Assembly: GCA_030295235.1 (NCBI GenBank)
Contig: AP026135.1
Coordinates: forward strand, 558,001-622,000
Direction: 5' to 3'
DNA from: Fistulifera solaris
Taxonomy: Eukaryota
Length of the DNA stretch: 64,000 bases
Of this stretch, positions 11,140 to 24,570 are shown piece by piece. Each line of letters opens with the position of its first letter. The first letter of the stretch is position 1. The notes below the pieces were generated by a model. That model saw nothing but the letters and a program-made list of their open reading frames with translations. It made no database searches and was not told where the DNA came from. A program made the translations under genes and the position numbers.

Positions 11140-12947
11140 TTCAATTTGCTTCGTAGAGAAAATCAGAAAGCACGAAAGAAGAAAGATGCATAACAACAAT
11201 CTCTCGAATGCCTACCTTTAAGGTTGAGATTCCGCCTTCTACGTAGAAGGGACTTCCGCAGCAGATATCCCAGAAGTAAGGCGAGCGCCAGTAGTCCGCA
11301 GAAAAGCTCGATTGCAGAGAAGATAATATGCGGTTGTCTGCCGTCTAGTGTTTCGCCCAGTCGTTTTCTATATTCTTGAGTAATTTGATCATCGGGCCTT
11401 CACATTAAATTATTAGACTTGCCATGGAATTTCATAGGCGAATAGACTTCAGACAAAGAACTTACCAATACTCGATGCGGAGATGTTGAAGAACTGCTTC
11501 TTTGATAAAAGAAGCAACCGTGTTATTGTAACAACCTGGACATTCCAGCCGAGTAGGCCATTGTGTTCTCCTTTCGTCTTCTTCAGTCAGAGTTCGCTTT
11601 TCTTCATTCGCTTGTTCTCTCATGAGACGCAAGTTCACAGCATTGTGCATTTCAAAAAGCCAAAGAGGAAATTCATTCCAATCTCTAGTTATCATAGTGG
11701 GCCTGAGTCGATTGCAGCGATCCAGTTCACAAGAGTCGAATGCTTTTAAGAAATTGGTGCGGCACTCATCGCAGCCGAAAAAGTGGGCAATAAAATCTCG
11801 CAACACGTTACCGGCATCCACCGCGCTAACAGCTTTCGAACGATCTTCTCGCGTATTTGAATTCCACTCTACGATACCAATACTCGCGATGTGAAACAAT
11901 TCCCACAGACCGCACGTGTATCCCATTTCTGATTGGCCTTTAGTGCAAGACTTCGACCACTCACTTTGTAATGGCTTGGGGAATTGGTCCAGTATAGCAA
12001 GCATGTTTTCCTCGCTCTTAATAGCAGAATCAAAATCTTTCAAGACGCTGTCAATGACGCGGTGAATTTCCACCAGCTGCCGGGGGATAGCTTTTCGAAG
12101 AAAAGACAGCCATTGGTGTAATGTTTTGGAGGCATCGTCGGGGAGCGGCCCGTGGGTCGTAAATAAATTCCTCATACTGAAATTGAATGATAGAACAGCA
12201 TCATGAAAAGTATCTCGTTTGGATCTGGGATGACTCATTTCGCCTCGAATCATCAGTGATACAACTCTATCCGCTAAACTTTCTGACTCCGGCACGTAAT
12301 TGTTCCTCAGTTTTGTATCCTCGTCCACATACAGTCCTAGCTTATCCATAAGTTCAAAGGGATGCGGCATTTTTGGAAACAAATCGATCGCAGGCGTTTG
12401 TTGACCTGGAAGAAAGGCGAATATTCGAGGGTAGCCCGCAATTTTGTAGTCCTTACAAATCATGGAATGCACCACACAGGAAATCGCGTAAAATTTGATC
12501 TCCTGCCCTTGTGCGGTTTCGTTGACCAGCTTGGTCACCCTTTGTGCGTATGCGATATAATGCGGTCGCATCTTCTTGCACTTTAAGTCAATTTGCAAAA
12601 GAAAGGCTTGTGAGGCGCGACGACTTTAACGCTTGACTCGCTCGTTTCGATCTACGTACGTGAGGACACCATGGCGCATAAAATTCCACGACACGAGGCC
12701 CCGTGTCGGGCCCATAAAGAAAGTCAGGACGGCCACTAGCCTCGTGATTTCCATCGTAATCGATGATAGGGTACGAATCGGTCGTGCCGAGATACAAATA
12801 TCCACTTTCTGGCGTTGAAATCTTTTCGGCCTTTATTTGTTGAGACATTCCGCCAAATCGAGCGACCGTGACAGAGGAGTAAAAAGTGATCAAGAGAAAC
12901 ATTGACAAGAAAATGTTGTTTCTTTTTGCGAGTTGGGTGCGCCACAT
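11140..12947 (-). CDS. QSOX: Quiescin sulfhydryl oxidase (thioredoxin + ERV/ALR)
   Basis: Splicing GT-AG intron 12581-12659 gives EFYAPWCPHC; GYTCGLWELFH, FFGCDEC, HNAVNLRL, WPxxxxCPGC motifs; second intron starts at 11465; 3' end approximate. Confidence 0.88.
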
Positions 12948-13334
12948 GATTGTTTGTACTTCTCGGAAGTCTTTCGTAAAGGTAAGGAAACAGCAAATAG
13001 CGCACGCCTTTTTTCTCCTCGATGCCTTCGCGCCTTGGTCGTCCCTTCCCGTCAACGAAGACTCGATCTTTTTACCAACTACAAAGACTAAGCAATCAAC
13101 GTGGGACGTGGGAGCATTAGAAGGAGGCTTACAACCCCTTTCATTATGATTTTATGTTGTCAAAAGTCAATAATAATGAAAGGAAAATGACCGTGCGCAA
13201 AAATGTACGAAGTGTTATATCGAGCTACGGTAGAGTTACGGCTACAAAGCTAAGGGTAGTACTGGAGTATTTTTTATAAACAAAAAATCTCCGATCCACT
13301 AATGAGGTCATCATTTACGTATTCCTGAGTGGCT

Positions 13335-15601
13335 TTATTTGGTTTCAAGAGATTTGCACATCTGCATGTCAGCGTGCTTCGTTCCAAGGATGAGTGGATC
13401 ATGGCGACTTTGGCAAAATTTGTGGAAGCATTCGGTAATAGATCCATTCACGGTTTGCACACGAGCGGATCTCTGAAATTGCATGTAGCCTTGCCCTACC
13501 CTCGTGACATTCACATCATAAGTGTCTGCCGTCCACTTCAGGATCATCTCTGTATTACAACCTCGCTTTCCTTGTTTGGTGAACGATTCGGTTAGATTTG
13601 CTGCACAACCAGCCAGATCAAGCTTAAACATGGTGGAAAAGTAACGACCAAAAATGTCCGCGACCCCCCGTCGCGCCACCATGCCATGATCGCACATTTC
13701 ATGTGGATCCAAGGGTGGATCTCGTGCATCACAGGCAGGAATGAAGATATCGCCACCCAAGGCGACAACACCATTGAGATGAAAGTCCCGGAACCAGTAC
13801 GAGTCATCTCGTAAAAAACAATACGTAGTCATATTGCTTGCCACCAGCGCGCTCCCGTTCGATCACGCTTTCCCACAGATTCTCGATCGCACGGAATAAA
13901 CGCAGAAAGTTGTGGTTGCCAACTTTATTGCGTGCCCTCACTTCGTCATTCCGGATGTCCAGTGCGGGAAAATACTCGAGAGGGTGCTCATTGGGCAACT
14001 TTTTCTTGAATTGTTTGTACATGTGAAAAATTAGCGGGTCATTTTCAATCTCAATCTGTTCCGACACAAGAAGCGTTTGTACAGTTGCACCAACATTTTG
14101 GACTTCTCTGGTTATGGTTTCCCTCAACTCGGTTTCATTCTTCCCTTCCAACAGGGGGGTCAGGGTGGAATGCTCCTGCAAATCGGTAAGCCTTTGCCTT
14201 GCCGGTGGTTAACGACAAATAGAGATCAACGTTATGACTTTGTCTCACCAAAGGTGCAAGCACGTGCTGGAGAGCAGTGCTGAACATGAATCGCTGGTGT
14301 GTTCCGGCTATCACGACGGCCACTCGAAGATTCTCATAGTTGGGATCATAGCAAATATCAAGACCTTGGAAGTACCAGTGACAATCCGGCCTAGCTATAT
14401 GCACGGTAGGTCGGCTATCCTTGAAGAATAGTTGATCGCCGTTCGGAAGCTCTTTCGACACGGAAACCCCACTGGCATCCAGAGCGCGTCCAAAGCTCAC
14501 TTGATCGCGATCCGAGAAGCAATGAATTTCGTCTAGCCACGAGCAACCCAAATCACCAATGTACTTTTTGCACGTCACAGTTCGCATGTCCCAAACCATA
14601 AGAGCGCTATCGATGAGTGATCTATCGAGAAACGTTTTTCCATCCACCAGTGGCTCATGATCGTAGTGTTGGATCGTGAGCTGGCATTGATTTACTAAAG
14701 TTTCAAGTCCGTCGGAAACGGTGGGTCGCTTAATGGCAGCGTCAACAACAGCACCACAGTGGCCCTTGTACTCGGGAAAGTCTAGGTCTTCCCACCTATT
14801 CCCCATACTAGAATCGTGAATGGGTAGACTCACCAAACTCGCACAAGAATCATAATTCTCCACTGTGCGGTTAAAGTATGCCATGTAGCTGCGAGGAAGT
14901 ATCTTCTTCGGAAGCAATTTCGTGTCTCGCCAAATTACGCGCTCCGCCCAAGGAAACAGATCCAGCGGACTCATTTTTAGAATCTTGACATTTCGCCGCA
15001 TATCTTTGTAAGGCATTTTCGAACCGTCCACACGAATGACAATTTCATTATTTCGTAGATCTCCTATTGCATCAGCCTCCTCTTGTAGCACAAAATGAAA
15101 GGCGCAAACGGATTCATCCATACTCAAGATGGCTGCCTCGTTGATAAAGCCCACGTACTTTGTGCCGAACGCTACTCCGTATACGACCAAATCCTTGCAT
15201 TGATCGCGGTACTCCTCCAGTTGGTTTGCGATTGATTGCAAATAGGGTGATGAACAGAAGCCACAAGAGCGTGACTCGGCGGATACCCCGGAAACGCCAT
15301 GAAGTGGCTGATTGCAAGTACCGGAAAGGGGCCAGGGAACATCCTTTTCCGGTGACATGCAAACGCGAGGCTCGATGACTGCTTCTTTCCGTTCCTTTGT
15401 AGGGAATATCGCAGGAAGAATTTTCTTCGGCCTCAAATTGCTGGGACGAAAAATCCTAAGGTCATCGTGCGTACACCAGGTATGGGCGATGTGATGACAG
15501 AACCAGAGAAGAATCACTTGACAGAAGAGAATCATTACACCAAAAGAGGTGAAAAGTTGCTGGAAGGATATCGACTTTGTGGAATGCTTCATGGTCTCCA
15601 T
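13335..15601 (-). CDS. Type II membrane DUF616 (TOD1/MUCI70-like) glycosyltransferase with second C-terminal GT-like domain
   Basis: N-terminal TM; KILKMSPLDLFP..IWRDTKL and RDQVSF motifs; later RVAVVIAG..R and YDYVLFLRDD; three ORFs joined across frameshifts near 14160 and 13815. Confidence 0.65.
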
Positions 15602-17290
15602 GCGTTGCACTAATTTACGAGAAACTCGACGAGGAAAAGAATGCGAGCATCAGAATTGCGTCCTTTCAACTTCCAAGTGCCGACTCCAACAAAATAACTA
15701 TCCATCGGCCGCCCCGCCCTCCGCATTGCATTCAATAAATATTGCCCCATATACGCCGCGAGACGCTAGACGCGTGACGCAGACCATCGACCATCGACCA
15801 TCCGCCGAATAGCACATCGAAAATCGACACGTAGAGCAGGATATAATACAGTAAGGACACTGGAACGTGGAGAAGGGAAATGAGTATGACAATCACTCTT
15901 CGCTTTTCATTATTATTGACGATTTCATTTATTAGGTATGCATTTGAGTCTAATTATCAGTACGGCGTTCGTTAATTCTTCGATAAGCCTTTTCTTTATG
16001 ATTTGTATTTATTGATTGATTATTGATACTGAATAGCTAAATAAATTTTATTATTGGTTATCGAATCGTGAAATGGCTTCTGTGTACTGTATTACCTAGT
16101 GTTGTCGGTTGTGAAAATTGTTCTAAGGTTGTGTGTGTCCTGTGTCGCCTCGAACTCTGTGAAGCACTGTCGCATGTCAGGAAAGAAGTGCTCGATGCTC
16201 GAGGAGACGGCGGTGATTAAGGACAAGGTTCATGTTCATTCTGTCGAAAGTCGAAAGTCAAAAATACAGAGTACAAAGTACAAAGTACTTGTACCGGTAC
16301 CGGTTACCGGTACAAGTACCGTACCTGGTACTCGACGAAAACATGATTGACTTTTAACCCTAATGATTGATGTGTAATAGTGATGAGAGACATGCGCTAC
16401 AACTGCAACAACTTTCAATTACGTAGTACGTAGTACCAGCAAGGTGCGAAAAAGTGTACACTCAGGTAGGCCCCCGTAGAGAAATGTACCAAGCATAGGT
16501 GCGTTCCCGTGTCTCCCAGGTACGGAGTCACGGAGTAGTCCGTATCATTTTTTTCGTTCTCTATGCTCCATCACAATCTATTATGCGATCTCTAATATCA
16601 TCTCACAGAAGCTTTTATTCTTAGCAGCGGTTGCATTATTCTGTCAGTGTAAAAAAAGCCGTTCAAATATTCAGCCTTGGTGTTGCTTATTCACACACAG
16701 CTGCCACGAAAAGCATTTGTGCTTGCAAATTTGAGTGTCAAAAGTGATTTAATTTTTTAGCAGAAGGATCACCGGGCCGGGAACCGCTCAAGAAGTCGGC
16801 GGGCTTTACACAGGCGATTTCACCAGATGACGCTTTGCTTTCGGGCGTTTCGACACCTGTCTGTGACGCCATATTGTTGAAAGAGTTCGACAGCCCGTTG
16901 ATGTCTCGGGATTTGGTCTGTTTCCAGTCAATGATCGGCTGATTGATTGTTTTACAAGGGGTGCCACATTGAGCCTCGGGGCGTTTGCCGTGGCGACGAG
17001 AATGTTCCATATGGAATACATGACAAATGGGTCATATTAAGTCATTTTCTGAGTCGCAAATCTTTTAAGTGATCCAAAAGTCCCTCCTAAACAGTTACGG
17101 TGCAATTGAAGTTCATTCTTGTTTGCTTGTCTGGGCTCTCGAGTAGAAGAGAAGACCGCAAAAGTAATCTTTGCCTTCTATTGAAGCGTCAATTGCCAAC
17201 GAAACCTGGGTGCTCCGACCACAGCAGCGTCTTTGCTACTTTGAAGCGAGATTTAATTTAGCTAGGGTTCTAACTTTGCCAATGCTTACG

Positions 17291-19783
17291 TCATTCTTGC
17301 AGGTGTACGTGCGAAAAGGTCTGCGGACATCCCTTACTTACATACTTGTAATAGTTCCATGCTAGCAGTTCAACTATATCCAGGGCGCAGCTAGGTCCGA
17401 GATACTTCTTCGCAAATTTCAGGCCTGCTTGGCTGATATTGTATGCCCGCTCAGGATCAGCATTCAGATCCCTTACGGTTTGAGCGATTGTATGATATTC
17501 TGTTTCTACAAAGTCTCTCCCCTTTTCCAAAAAAGGGAAATAAATCTCTCCTAAATCCCGCGAATAACCCTCGTAGTCTGTGGAGTTGTCGTTTATAAAA
17601 AGAACGCAAGATCCACTCAAGAGTGCTCGCATAAAGGTTGCTCCAGCCCAACCATTCCCTGAAACGGCTAGTGCGTATCGAGAGTGAACACTACCCTGTT
17701 CCGACCACTCCCCCATTGTAATATTATATTCACGTCTCAGTGCCTCCCGTATTTCAGTAGCTTGGGGCTCTTTCACACTTCCAAAGCCAGTTAGTTTGAC
17801 ATCGAGAACGTCCATATCACTAGGATTCGAAGTCCCAAGAGCGAGCTTAAACCGAGGAGTTTGCATCCATTGAAACCTATGAGTCTTAAATCGTGACCAA
17901 CAGTTCTCACTGAAACGACCGCGAAAATGAAGAATAGATGGCCTCTCCCAAAAACCAGTTTGTTCCTGTAGTTCAGACAAGTAAAAGTAAGACGGAAACG
18001 GAATGTGATTCGTCCATTGCGAGGGCAGGCCAGATCCCGCCGTGAAAGATCCTGCCATAGTAAAGGCGGGAAGCCCCAAGTCGGTGCGAACTCGCGGTTT
18101 GTCATTGGCATACAGTATCATTTCAACAGAAGGCGGTAGATGCCGCTTTTCACCGGCTTCTTGCCAAATGCTTGTCAGACCTGCATATCGTCCTCCTAAC
18201 GTTTCCTGCGGGTTCGTCAATGAATAGGCTTTGTTCTGCTTATTGTCAATTCTCGACAGCACGAGAGTGCCCTCTAAAGGGCCTTTCCAGCTTGAAATAT
18301 CTTTGTAGGCATTCGTAAAGTTTCTCACTGTATCGCAATCTGGTGCAGGCGGCGCCAACGTAAAAGGCGCTCAATCCACTCCTTGTATTCGGCCCATCCA
18401 GTACAAGTTTCGCTGTAGGTGCTTGCTTTGTTTTTTGTGAATGTATCATAGTCGCTAAATACTGCTTGCGTCAAAGGGTGCAAGGAATTTGACTTGCTCG
18501 CGGCGGAACGCTTCTCAACAGGAATACGATCGCGCTCGACAGGTGTAGTTAGTCTCGCACCAATCGAAGCATTCAGAAAGGAACTCCAGTCGATTCCTCT
18601 CTCCCACCATGCCAAACGACGCTGCATTTCCTGCAAAGTATCCATATCCTGGGTTAAGACGCGATCAATTGACTTCGGTAGATCCTCATATTCGGCCATA
18701 ACAAGACCTCCACACCTCTGAAACTCATCGGCGCCCGTTTTCTCCACCCATTTCTCTACCACTGGCACACAACCAAAGCGAATAAAATCGGAGAGACGGT
18801 GAAACTCCGCCGCCTCAAAGACTCCAAAGCGGTGAGCTATTAGGCAAATTTTGCCCTTCCGTAAGCATCAACAATATGGCTGGTATTGGTATTTTGCTCC
18901 AGTTTCGCTTGTTTAACGCTTGGCAAGTTCATTATTTGTTCATTCAATTTTATTCGACGGCTGTTCATAAGACCAAAAATGCCACATCGATATCACGACG
19001 ATCGGGCGGCAGGATTGATTCCGACGTTGGAGCCAGGTGATCAAATCGATTTTGAATCATTGTAGGTACAATCATAACCGAATCCGTCAAGTTGTAGTCC
19101 TTGCTTTCCCATGCGTAATTGGATTCAGAATATTCCCAGATCAGGCAATTTGGATTTAGGTGACACTTGATCAAGTACTCTGGTAGGAATTCTCGATTCT
19201 GCTCGCTCTGAATGACCAATCGAAACATCGTATCGCAGCTTTCATCCACGCACAACGTAACGTTGCGGATACCGGCGAGAAATGCGTTTTCCACCAACAA
19301 AACTTCGTGATTGACGGCAAGCTGGTCGAAAATCTTCTTGTCGGTGATACGTTTCATGCCGTAGCCTTCCAGTATAGTCTGGATGTTGCTCGTGACGCTG
19401 GTAAATATACCGCCCGGCATGTCCAGATAGAATGCTGAGACAGAGTTGAAAACATGCGTGGCTTTCTTCAAGGCAGCAGCTTTTTCAGGAATTGAAAATT
19501 TCGTCATCTTCAAAGCAACTGACATCAGAGATATATCGCGACACAATTGATGATTCGATGAAATTTCCGCAGGTGTGCTAATCTCAGAAACAATTTTTGT
19601 TGCATTTTTCGTTACCGAATAATAGACAGGTTCCCGATAATAGATAGAGTCCGTATTGATTGTGAGTGGCAGAATGCTAAGCACCGCGGCGATCATAACA
19701 AAGTAACCGAATATAAAGCCGTGAAACGGTTTCTTTGGTCCTTGATCCCGACCAGGATAGAAAATTTGTCGACGGCTTTTCAT
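17291..19783 (-). CDS. Multidomain glycosyltransferase: GT-like N-terminal part plus CAP10/GT90-like domain
   Basis: N-terminal TM; DIDVAF, EFHRLS..GCVPVVE; then ILYANDKP, LHFRGR, PRFKL, RYALAVSGNGWA; fragments at 18965-19840, 18325-18768 and 17291-18358 are separated by apparent frameshifts. Confidence 0.6.
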
Positions 19784-20526
19784 TTGCTGTCCAGTGTAAG
19801 AAGAGCGTGACGATATCGTTGAAGACTTGCCAGTATGCAAAAATTGGTTTTCTGCTCAAGATTTTTTCTTTTGCAAAAAGGGGGCGGTCGATGAGCGAAG
19901 ATGCGCAAGATGTGACACGGAGGCGTAAGTTCGGAGTTTCAAGATGAACCTTTCAATCCGGTATTTGCACTATATCTTTTATTGAACCCTACGACATTTT
20001 ACATTGCGAACTAAAAACGGAGTACTTGTACTTGTACTGAAAAATGAAGCATTCTTGAATCATCATCGGCAATCTGTCAATAATTAATATTTTATTATAC
20101 GGAGTAGTACCAGGTACCAGGTACCCTGGTAATTGCACATTGCACCCATTCCCATTGTGTACTCATTACCAGGTACCTGGTACGTGGTACTTTAACTAAA
20201 AAGCTAGCACTCACACCTCACACACGGTTCAATTACAGTACGCAAGACTCAGTGCAGTCCCAATAGCTTTCATAGTGTCTTTATGGAAAACTGAGCAACA
20301 ACCAAATGTTGGTCTGTCTGTAATCAAAGCGACAATGGAAAATGAAATCGTTTACCGGAAAAGATCCGATCGACTGACTGTCTGCTTAGCTAGTCCGACT
20401 TTACGATTTCGTCATTCATTTATTTCCTCCACGTACAGCCATCGGAACGCGAATCCAAGCAACCAACAATTAATTCTATCGGCATTTAATCCAGCTAAGG
20501 AATCTGAGGATGCTCTACCAATATCA

Positions 20527-21693
20527 TTATGATGTTTGATACTTCCATATTCTCACCGCTCCGTCATCCCCGACCGAAGCCAGCACCGATCCAAGGAACG
20601 GGTGCCATCGCACGTGATTCACATCTCCGTTGTGACCTGCATCGACCGATGCTTCTAAGGAGAAAAGAGGGCGGTCCGACGTGCTTCCCATGGCTTCACG
20701 GTAGATGTGAATGTCGCCATCCGCCCCAGCTGACACAACCCGACCGTGACCGGCCTGCGCTGGAGCGTAACCCACAGCGTACACGGCAGCGGAGTGCGCG
20801 TCAGTTAGTTTCCCCACACATTTCCACACTCCATGACTATTGCTTTGGTCTTTGTCTTCCGGAAAAAGCCTCTTCTTCTCAGCAATAGTGTAGGCTTTGT
20901 AAATGGCGAGACTGGCATCGGCAGATCCGGACACCAAACGCCCCCCACTGGGCGCGAGAGCGAGCGACCAAATAGTAGACAAATGAACATCGGAAATAGA
21001 AGCAGCACAGTACCAATCACCGGCGTCTTCTGCCCACACTCGAATGGTGTCATCGTAAGAGGAAGATAGTAGTATTTCAGCGCCGTCTCCCCACTGGTCG
21101 TGACTGGGAGCAAATTGCACACATTTGACATCCGCCTCATGACCATTTAGCACCGCTATACATTCGAATTCACTTGCCTCAGACCCTTCCGACGGACCTC
21201 CTACAGTTCCAGGCAAATAGCACTCCCAGATCCACACAGTCTTATCACGGCCGGACGAGGCGAGAAGAGAACCGGTCTCGTTGAATACGACGCACTTCAC
21301 TTCGTTCTCATGGCCTTCGAGTTGCGCTGTACATTCCCACGAAAGTGTTTCGTTGCGAGATGAAGCCTCCCAGATGGCAATGCTTCCATCAAAGGAAGCC
21401 GAGGCCAGGATTAAGGGCTTTACTATCGGCGCAAACACGACGGATCGTACCGTTCGTTCGTGCACACCTGATAATGTTGATTGTAATATCCATTGTGTTT
21501 CTGTTTTCTTGCTATTACTTTTATGAATCATTTCCCAAATTCGTATGCAAGGCTGCGGAGCCCCGTAGCAAACAGCTAGATAATTTCCGTCTTTGGAAAA
21601 GAGCACTGCCACGCCGGTTGGCCTATTTCGTAGACGAGACGATCGTCCCCTTCCCCTATTTCTTGTAGAGGAGGTCGTAGAATGTGCTGACAT
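20527..21693 (-). CDS. CIAO1: Cytosolic Fe-S assembly WD40 protein CIAO1/Cia1
   Basis: HERTVRSV, ASASFD, LEGHENEVKCV, SGRDKTVWIWE, SSSYDDTIRVW, DVNHVRWHP. Confidence 0.93.
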   Translation of the reverse strand: MSAHSTTSSTRNRGRGRSSRLRNRPTGVAVLFSKDGNYLAVCYGAPQPCIRIWEMIHKSNSKKTETQWILQSTLSGVHERTVRSVVFAPIVKPLILASASFDGSIAIWEASSRNETLSWECTAQLEGHENEVKCVVFNETGSLLASSGRDKTVWIWECYLPGTVGGPSEGSEASEFECIAVLNGHEADVKCVQFAPSHDQWGDGAEILLSSSYDDTIRVWAEDAGDWYCAASISDVHLSTIWSLALAPSGGRLVSGSADASLAIYKAYTIAEKKRLFPEDKDQSNSHGVWKCVGKLTDAHSAAVYAVGYAPAQAGHGRVVSAGADGDIHIYREAMGSTSDRPLFSLEASVDAGHNGDVNHVRWHPFLGSVLASVGDDGAVRIWKYQTS

Positions 21694-22068
21694 GTTAAAA
21701 TTGCTTGCTGTTGTTGATCAGACATGATCGGTTCCTGTTTTTAATAAATGCGCATCATTATGATCAACATCATGTCGATGCGTCCTTTACAGCAACAAAT
21801 CTTGCTTCCTCCTCCGACCGGTACTCAACAAAAAATTACTGTAGTACTCCGTATACGGAGTACTAGCAGCAATTAACTGAATATTTACACGTGGAATGTA
21901 TCATGGCTCACGGAGGGATGTTCATGGCTGACGTCTGACCTGTAGCCGCAGTACCACGAGTCTCGTGCGCGATGACGACGATGAGGAGAAAAAGATCGCC
22001 AATTCCATCGCACGAAACAAGCTCATAGTTTTCGCCTCAAGCAATTCTGACACATCAAATCAATAATT

Positions 22069-22503
22069 ATGCAACTTCTTGCATCTGTTACGAGTTTCCT
22101 CCTGCTAGCGTCCACTTGGAGTGCAGCCAACGCCTTTGCTCCTACGCCAACGCGTTCGACAGTGGCATCACACACCGCCCTGCACGCCAAGTACAACTCC
22201 ATGGAAGAGATCCTTGCTTTGTTTCCCGAAGACAAGCCTGTGCTTATCAACTTCTATGATGCCAACACCGAGAATGCTATCAAAGATGACATTTTCCGCG
22301 CCAAACAGCTCTTGTCGGACCGCGCTACACTCGTTTCCATCAAACAACAAGATTATCCCGAAATTGCCAAGTTGTGGGATGCCAACGAGAAATCTCCTTC
22401 AATGATTCTTTTCAAGGATGGAAGACCCGTCACGCGTTTGTACGAAGAGACGCATTATTTGGAAATCGTAGCGCGTATTGGAAAGTTCTGTGGCGAAGAT
22501 TAA
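22069..22503 (+). CDS. Plastid-targeted thioredoxin-fold protein lacking CxxC
   Basis: Signal peptide + ANAFAP motif; KPVLINFY, YPEIAKLW, PSMILFKDGRPV Trx-fold pattern. Confidence 0.7.
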   Translation: MQLLASVTSFLLLASTWSAANAFAPTPTRSTVASHTALHAKYNSMEEILALFPEDKPVLINFYDANTENAIKDDIFRAKQLLSDRATLVSIKQQDYPEIAKLWDANEKSPSMILFKDGRPVTRLYEETHYLEIVARIGKFCGED

Positions 22504-22707
22504 ACGTTTCTCGCCAATATTACACACTAGTTATGATTAGAGCATGAGGCAAAATTTATAGCACTTTACAAAGTAAATACTAATCGTGGTAATTGCTGCT
22601 GGATGATGAAGAATCTCGTCCCTGTTCGAAACTGCGTTTTCGCAGGGTGGTGCCCAGGCTTTCTGTGTGTGAACCAGTCCAGGCAGGCGAAGGCGACGAG
22701 TCGACAT

Positions 22708-24395
22708 CTAGGCCCGTCTCCTCCTTTTGAAACTTAACGATGCGACTATTTTTGCTTGAACACGTGCTTCATCCTCCTGTATGGTGAAATAGACACCCAA
22801 ATTGATGATTCCACAAATCACCCACCCGAAAACACCAATATTAAACGCATTTGTACGACCACCCAGACGCGAAATCATTGCCGCCACAAACACGGGGCCC
22901 AAGCCTCGACCAAAGTCGTCGGTGGTATTGAAGAGAGCAAAGGCCTGACCGCGTTCTTGCGGTAAAGTCACATTTTGTAGTTGCGCTTTTATGATAGGTC
23001 CTGTTACGCCGCTAGCTCCTCCGGCAAACCATGCGACTAAAGCTGTCCAAAGAAACAAGGTGTTATTGTCGATCCAATTCAGAAGCATCCAAAATGGAAA
23101 ACATCCCAGAATAGCTGCCGACCCAGCTAAGAGAGGAGGATATCTTGGGTCGATGCGGTAGAGATAGGTGGCACCGAAACCTCCCATAAGCATCCCCACA
23201 AAATTCCCGAGACCGAAAAATAGGACAGTTAATGTTGCGACCTCGACCGTCATTCCACGATTCTCGGAAAGGAAATCATTCAAGTACATATTAACAATAC
23301 CTAGCGAAGAAAATTAGTACAGACATTTTATCAGATGAAGAAAAAGAAGTGGGAATGATTCCAACTTACCCCACGGAACGCAACCCGGCCCGCCTTGTAA
23401 AAGTGCTAACCGTACAGTTGGCGTTGACACAATAGACACAAACGTGGCCCAGAATCCCATCCAATTCAGTTCGGGATCATTTGATAAAATGGCAAGTTTG
23501 TCTCCGTCCTGAGTATACTGGTCTACGCGCTCTTCTAAACTCACCATCTCCACGAATGGAGAGCAAGACTCGACATCCTGATCTTCTTCACTCTCATTGT
23601 TCCGATTCCGTTGACGCATAGCCTCCTCCATGGCACCACGCTCTGGGTCGGGTACAAAGAGCCATACCGCAAGAGCACAAAACACCGCAGGAAGACCGAT
23701 GACTAAAAGGGTAGCCTCCATCCAAAGGTGGGGCCTAGAAATCCGGCGATGCACTGTCCTAATGATATTCCTGCGCCTGTTCCAATTCCGACCAAAGCAC
23801 CAACCCTATGCCGTTCGTCGGAAGGAAATAAGTCGCCTAAAATGGAATAGATTAGCGGCAAAGCCCCACCGACGCTGAACCCCGTGACTGCTCGACACAA
23901 GTACAATTGACTGTAAGTTTGTACCCAATACGTCAGAATACAGCCCAGTTCCCCTATACAAACAGTTACAGCGAATAATTTTGTTCGGTTGTAAGCATCG
24001 CCGAGGCAACCGACAAGATATGACGCAGGTGCTCCTAGCACGAAAAAGGCCAAAGCAATTTCTCCGCCGAGCTTTTTGTCTCGTTGTTCGTCGTCAAAAT
24101 TAAATTCCTTCGCAATTGCCGTCAGATTAGGTGACATCAAGTTTTGGTCAGCAAACAATAAGATTGTGCAGACAGAAAAGAGTGCTAGAGCACGTGCTTT
24201 GTCCATCGAGGAAGGAACTCTTGACGGTCCGGATAACCGAGGCTCTAAACTAGAATACTGCGATGATGTCGCCAAAGATTCTTTCCCTAGCGTTTGTGAG
24301 ATCTTTTGCATGCTCTCGTCGTGCTGAGCGAATAAGGGATGCCGCCCCGGGGACTCTAGATTCTTCACTTTGGCATATTCGTTATTCAGCTTCAT
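22708..24395 (-). CDS. MFS transporter (spinster-like)
   Basis: FADQNLMSPNL, GCLGDAYNR, RAVTGFSVGG, DDFGRGLGP; intron 23301-23369; frameshift at homopolymer 23705-23708. Confidence 0.85.
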
Positions 24396-24532
24396 ACTGG
24401 GTACCTGGTATTCTATCCGTGTCAATTGTCAACTTGCATGCGAAACCAAAAATAAGTCGAAGCTGCGCTTTCAAAATAATCGCATCCGGACGAATTCTCG
24501 ACACTCTGAAAATTAAACGTTGGCTGTGGACG

Positions 24533-24570
24533 AAACGGGTGTGACTAGGGGAAAACGGTGTGACTAGGGG
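24533..24570. repeat. Short tandem duplication AAACGG(G)TGTGACTAGGGG x2 upstream of the MFS gene
   Basis: Two adjacent ~19-20 bp copies read directly. Confidence 0.8.

Noticed and set aside
16281..16331. GTAC-rich arrays as CRISPR or telomeric repeats
   Set aside because: No regular repeat-spacer periodicity, no cas genes, no uniform telomeric unit
16738..17021. Small ORFs between the glycosyltransferases
   Set aside because: Short, no motifs, no support for coding
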